A stretch of DNA of 55,727 nucleotides, filler included, from Jimgerdemannia flammicorona (lineage: Eukaryota): NCBI GenBank assembly GCA_003990765.1. It is 2 parts of 2 records of this genome, joined end to end, with 100 filler letters (N's around TTAATTAATTAA, not from the genome) between each part and the next. Parts side by side here need not be neighbours in the genome. Positions count along the whole stretch, not along the records: positions 27,915 to 55,727 come from RBNJ01000599.1; 1 more part is not named here. The stretch is one strand, 5' to 3'. The number at the start of each line of letters is the position of its first letter. Within the stretch, counting starts at the first letter, position 1. Shown here in pieces: positions 49,801 to 55,727 of this stretch. The translations under genes and the position numbers were made by a program. Under the pieces are notes generated by a model. It was given only the letters and a program-made list of their open reading frames with translations, was not told the origin of the DNA and did no database searches.

Positions 49801-51061
49801 TTGGAATGTCTTAGCATAGTTTACATGTGCGGCGTCAGGATGGGACACGATTTCCGGTGATGGTAACGAACTTTTTGGTTGCTATGAAACACGAATAAAA
49901 TAAAAAACATCAAATAAATGCATTGAGTTATTGAGAAGGCATTTCTATATAGTGCTGTACTTATAAAAGTTGGTATTATCACCGGTCCGCACAGGCCCGT
50001 TGAACATGTTCCCATTCTCCATTTGGATTGTCCCAGCATAGTTTGTCACCCCGTACGGCATCAGGAGGTGATGTCGAGCCCGAATTCATGTTAAGGCTTC
50101 GTGTTCAGAATTTAAATGTGATGGACATTGCTTCTGTCCCTCTTATGTATTGAAATCCGACTTGCTGACCTGCGGCATGAAGTCTGAAAACCCAAGGGCA
50201 TTATTTTCTGGAATCCTAGTCCCGCTTGTGCGTCACGCAGCCATAATCGGCATATTATAATAAGGTGGTGTTATGTTCTGCAGATCTATCGGAATTTTCC
50301 CATTGTAGCCACATTGTCGGCATGCTGCGGTTCAGGTGGAACATCGAATATTCCGAATATAGTTACAGGCGACGTTGTCACTTCACCTGAGCCACCCAAA
50401 AGAGGATAATGAGGGAGGACGGGTTGGCAGCGTGGGAACATACTGGACTTACGGAAGCATGTACCACTTGCCTATAATTGCTATATACATCATTGTTGTG
50501 AACCGGATTGACTTAATTCTCAATCACATAAAAAAAGATGCGTGTCATGCCCCGCCAATCGACAAGTATGTATCCCATAATTAAAATGTAGCGTAGAAAG
50601 TCGAAATATAGACAACACATTGCAATTGATGAAGTTTGTCGCGAGCGTACTAGATAGGGAAGATTATAGAGAGGTTGGTGCGAACCGAGCTGCTCGTTGT
50701 TCGTTGCTCGTTGCGAGTGAAGAGAATGAAAGAAGGAATAATATAAGCGGAAAAGGGTAACGGAATTTGACCCCTCACACACGCGAACACGGTTAAATGT
50801 TACAATGTTACCCCCGTTCACATATATCCTGGGGTGGCTCACGAATTAAACGAGTCGCAACCCTCTACCCCTTGAACATGCAAGAAATTCTTTGCCACCA
50901 ACGCTGTTCCACAGCTCCTATATTTAGCATCTGGGACGGGAATGCTTACGGCCGCTCGATTCAGGAGAATTTGAGAATGAAATTGTAGAAAACCAACGCT
51001 TTCGCATAGTTCAGCTCCAAGCAAAAAGCAAAACTCCTTTCATACCCACCGATACACAGAA

Positions 51062-51290
51062 ATGTTGGCACGCTCTATTCTCATGCTTGTGGTCCTGGCC
51101 GCAAACAAATCAATGCGTGGTTCATCGATGGTTCCACAGACAAATACATTCTTACATCGCGCTACTACAGCGATACCAAATCCCTCCCGAAAAGGGTTAA
51201 ACATTACAAAGTACCGAACTCGAAATCCACTCGAATTCGAACTCGACTTCCCCTCTAACACTCATAGAATAGAAATTAGAGCATAGTTAT
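51062..51290 (+). pseudogene. Deleted paralogue of the small secreted protein gene
   Basis: Starts MLARSILMLVVLAA, then frameshifts and lacks the central exon/intron segment. Confidence 0.75.
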
Positions 51291-52290
51291 GAGCAACTTA
51301 AACTCGTCAATGCTTGCGACTGACTTTATATGAAAGCAGATTCATATATATATGTGTGTAGTATCATTATTTAACCATTTTTTCAATATAAATATATAGT
51401 TGACGAAAATACCAAGCATTGAAAATGTGCGCTTGCAATCCGCATTTCATTTAAGAGGTGGGACTTAGATGTTTATCATCAAACGTGCGTCTATCTGCTG
51501 GTTTGTGTTAGGACCGTGTCACTGAGACGTTCAAAAATGTTATGCGAGGAAATAGAAATATAAGGAAAGAGGAAATAAATTTTAAAAATATAGCTAAGAG
51601 AGTCGACAAGCGAGGGAAAAGAGAAAATAGAAATATAAGGAAAGAGGAAATAAACTTTAAAAAATAGAGAAGGGAGTCGACAAGCGAGGGAAAAGAAATT
51701 CAGAAGTAGAATTTCAGTTACCTTAGTGACTAATTTCTGGTAGAACACGATTACCCACAAGCCACTAACCCGATCGTCACACCAAATTTCGACGTGCCCA
51801 CGCCACTATCGACAAGTATGTATCCGATAATTAAATGCAGCGCAGCAAGGCGGAATATGCAATTGATGAAGTCCGTCGCAGGCGCACCGGATAGGGAAGA
51901 TTAAAGGGAGGTTGAGGGGTGCGAACAGAGCTGCTCGTTGCCCGTTGCGAGCGAAGAGAATAAAGGAATTGATCTGCGGAAAAGGTTACACGGGATTTGG
52001 CTGATCCGCAGCAAGCACGCGAACACAGTTCAATGTTACAATTTTACACCCGTTCCCATATCCTAGGGGTGGCCCTTGAACTCACTGAGTCGCAACCCTC
52101 TACCCCTTGAACACGCCGAATTATCGAAGAAATTTTTTGCGACCAACGCTGTTCCACAGCTCCCACTGATTCACTAAATTTAGCGTCTGGGGCGGCAACG
52201 CTTACGGCCGCTCGAATTGTATAAAATTCAACGCTTGCACATAGTTCAGCTTCAAGCAAAAACTCCTCTGATACCCACCGATACACAGAA

Positions 52291-52811
52291 ATGTTGGTAC
52301 GCTCTATTCTCATGCTTGTGGTCCTAGCCGCAATGGCTACGATGGTGACGGCCAAACAAATCAATGTGTGGTTCATCGACAATTTCACAAACAAATATGT
52401 CTCCGTCATTGCGAAATACAAAGTCTGCTACTACCCCATCAGTAAGTTTTGAGCTAGCATTGATTCGAGCATTGTATAACCCTTCACGCTACCCGACAAT
52501 ACTGACATTCCCCTTTCCTTCAACTCCTAGCCGAGGTCGTCACCACCGAGATCCAAACCAACAACAAGAACGCCAACATTGTTTTCTACTCCCAGTCTGG
52601 CTGCCGAAAGGCGGAATACTACGTACACGGAAAGGATATCAAAATCACCAAGAGCTTTAGCTACAGATCGTGGCGCTACTACAGCGATAGCAAATCCCTC
52701 CCGAAAGGGATTAAGCATTACAAAGCACCGAACTCGGAAATCCACTCGAATTCGAATTCGACTTCCCCTCTGACACTCGTAGAATCGAAATTAGAGCGTA
52801 GTTATGAATAA
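52291..52811 (+). CDS. Small secreted protein, 143 aa, two exons (52291-52441, 52531-52811)
   Basis: TATAAAA ~70 bp upstream. Signal peptide MLVRSILMLVVLAAMATMVTA. Intron GTAAGT..CTGAC..CTAG restores an open frame: KQINVWFIDNFTNKYVSVIAKYKVCYYPITEVV..IVFYSQSGCRK..SYRSWRYY..RSYE*. Confidence 0.8.
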
Positions 52812-53809
52812 CTAGATGAAAGCGGATTGCAGTTCTTTCCATATATATGTGTGTGTAGTATCATTATTTAACTGCTTTTAAATATAAATATATATTTGAC
52901 GAAAATACCAAGTGTTGAAAATGTGCGCTTGTTTCATTTACGAGGTGACTTTGATGCTTATCATCGAACGTCCATTCCGGTGTCTATCTGCTGATTTATG
53001 TTAAGATCGTGTCACCGAGACGTTTAAAAATGTTATGAGAGGAAATTGAAATATTTAAGGAAAGAGGAAAGAAACTTTAAGAATAGGAGGGAGAGGGATG
53101 GAATTTAGGTTGGTGTGTGACGATCAGATCCGTGTCACGGTCCGCTACATCTATTGTATTTGAAGGCAATGAATGAAAGTAGAAAGTTCCAGCCGCCAAA
53201 CTTTAATATGCAATCTCTTGTTGACCGAAGGAAGACGGAATGCAGTGGAAATGCGCGAGAGGATTTTAAGAAGCAGCGCATATGTGGTATACCTTGACCG
53301 TCGATTAAATTGTGCCCAACTAATAAATCACGCTTCTAAGGCTTGGCTTCGTCCCGTTCCGGATGGCTGGTTAGGAAGTGCTGCCTCGAAACTTTCTTCT
53401 AAACTTGTTTTTGCCGAATTCTTATTCCCAAGCCGTTTCGAAAAATCTTGAGAGACTGCCGGCTGGCTCAACCTTACGACGTGGTTAATGAGGTACCAAT
53501 GGGGCTGGTGATGGTGAAAAAGTGTTGGGAGCAGAGCACACTGACACCAGGGCGTCAAAAAACCAAGAACAAAGCCGCCAGATGAGCAAGGAGCCGGGGG
53601 AGAAGCAAATGCCAAGGTGAATGAATACATAGCAGCAGGCTTAACAGCCAAAAATTTAGCCATATTTCTACATGTCCTTTTATTTAATTTACCCTAGGGC
53701 GTGTTTGTCGTTACAACGTGCTCAGTTATTCTGGCGAATTTAGTTTATCATTTATCAGTGTTCTTGGTTGATATACGACGCGAAAGAATGTGATGAGTCG
53801 TACTAACGT

Positions 53810-55619
53810 CTAAGCAGTGCATTGCGTCGACCGAGGGCTCCCGCTGTTGCTGCCCTCGTTCGTCAGGAACACGTTAGCTGGCAAACCGACTACGCCCGTG
53901 TTACGTTGAAGGATGTCGCGGAACGAGGTTTTCTTGATCGATGAGATCTCCTCAGAGAAGAAGTAGTATTTGTTCTCGTAGAAGAATCGGTCACCGTCAC
54001 CTAAATTAAAGATGGAGATCCGTTATGCACATGTATATCCATGTTTTCTTGTTATATACGAATTGATTGACTTACGCTTTCGGGTGAGTTCATTGGCAAT
54101 GATTCCAACTGTGGTGGGGCCGAGATACGCTCCTGCAGATGCAAGACGTAATCGCGGTGTTAAGTAATCGCATTGTCACGCATGTCAAACTACGAATAAC
54201 AACTGGCTCACCCACCATTCAGATCTTCGGCTATCATCCCCACTATCGCATCAACCTTGTTGACCTTGCCGTACAAGTTCTTAAGCTGAGCTGCGACGGT
54301 TTTGTTGGAGGTCAGGATGGCCCAGCAGGCGTCACAATCCACGGTGGCGGTCAAGTCGCAGGCATGGTTGTTGTAAATACTCCCTTGCGAATGATAGTGG
54401 GTACGGAGGGTGTTGTAGTTGGGCAGGCCGTTGTTCCTGCCTCGGAAGATGTCAATGGAAAATAGGTCGACATTTCCGGGGATGTTGCGGAGCGTGTTGG
54501 GGAACAAGGTGTCGAACCTTGCCGTCCTCTGCCTGACTAGGGAGCTGATGAGATTGTCCAAGCCGTCGCCGTGACGTCCTGCCATCAGAGCGAGGATGCG
54601 CGCAGGTGTGTAGTCCAAACCGGGGTTGCCAGGGACGCCGAGGACGAAGATCTGACCCTGGAAGAACAAGCGGGTCGGGTTGGCCTGCAAAGCGGTCGGG
54701 TTATCGTACATGGAGAGCAACGAATCGCCGTTCGGGCTGCAGCCGTCGTACATCTCCCAGTCCCGGGCGACGGTGTGTCCGTAGCGGAAAGCGCCCGTAG
54801 CGAAGGCGGTGGATGTCTCGGTGACAACGCTACTGTCGTAACCCTTGTACGGCGGGAGCGGCCGACGGAGGATGACAGGGAGAAATTCCTCGTACACGAC
54901 CTTCTGGAACTCGGCGATTGTGTAGCGCCTCGCCAATTGGAAGAGCTGCTCGTCTGTGGCGCTCGGGAAGAGAGTTCGGTAGCGCGTAGCCTGGTAGTTG
55001 TGTTCACGGACCCACACCGTATGCATGATGGTCAGCGGGATATCCTGGGAAGCCCTCATATCGCCCGAGACCATTAGGTCTTGAGGGTTTATCGCAAAGC
55101 CAATGTCGCCATTGACAACTGAGTCGGTGTCTGCCAGGCTGATGAGCAAGTTCTTGATCGTGGTTGTGAAGTTGGCGTATACACCACCGTCAGCAGTCCA
55201 GTCTTTCAGCCGAAGCAACCCATCCTTGTGGGTGCGCAGGGCGTCGGATTGGGTTGTCTGGGAACAAGGAAAACATGGAAAATATGCAATGTCAGAAACA
55301 AGCTCTACCAGATGTGCACGGTCATTTTTTATCGTGAAGTAAATTGTGCGAAATAAACTGACTCACATTTTCCGAATAGATGGTGGAAAGATCCACCCAT
55401 GCATTGTTATCGTTGATGACCTCGAACTGACCATTCACGACATCACCCAAGCTCTTCCTGCTCCTCTGAAAACAGTCGTTGAAGGGGTTGAAGGGGTTGG
55501 AGTTGTTGGTGCCCGGGGGAGTGCAGCGGAACACTGGGTCGTCGGTTACATTGGCAATAGCTACGACGTCGGAGAGGGAGGGGAGTTTGTTGTTCTCCAA
55601 GTCGTGGTTGAGAAATTGT
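53810..55619 (-). CDS. Animal-type heme peroxidase (peroxidase-cyclooxygenase superfamily); 5' part outside the window; four visible exons
   Basis: (G)QFLNHD distal His, INDNNAWVDLSTIYS, GDMR, HTVWVREHN, DEQLFQLAR, AFRYGH proximal His, DIFRGRNNGLPNYN, VDAIVGMIAE, GDRFFYEN. Stop at 53810-53812. Confidence 0.92.
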
Positions 55620-55727
55620 CTTTTACGGTTTCATTGTGAGACAACCGTTTTAGCCATGCGGAGGAGTTAGTTGGAGCGCGAGACGTATTTTCCACGCCCC
55701 CGCCCCCCTCAAAAAAAAAAGAAAAAA

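Larger units (their letters stand above)
50546..53087 (+). repeat. Tandem segmental duplication: ~50546-51590 and ~51793-53087
   Basis: Collinear similarity through promoter, gene and 3' flank; the first copy has internal deletions. Confidence 0.9.

Overview
Eukaryotic, almost certainly fungal, genomic DNA with short GT-AG introns. An intact B12-dependent methylmalonyl-CoA mutase suggests a non-Dikarya fungus such as Mucoromycota; this is inference. The window is two contigs joined by an artificial 100-bp N linker (27815-27914). Left contig: a nest of C->T-hypermutated transposons. It holds a PIF/Harbinger relic and a Penelope-like element (PLE) with pseudo-LTRs and a terminal palindrome. Inserted into the PLE are (i) a complete Ty3/Gypsy chromovirus carrying a dUTPase, itself interrupted by a LINE, and (ii) a young 2.07-kb solo-LTR-like insertion carrying an intact orphan ORF. 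A 16-exon MUT gene follows. Right contig: a frameshifted Ty3/Gypsy-like gag-PR-RT-RH unit followed, in place of integrase, by three degenerate cytidine-deaminase-like domains. Next come hAT, LINE and tyrosine-recombinase relics, an NB-ARC NLR pseudogene with an N-terminal RHIM-like motif, a tandemly duplicated small secreted protein gene, and the 3' part of an animal-type heme peroxidase. All calls are by manual translation and motif recognition, and boundaries of degenerate elements are approximate.
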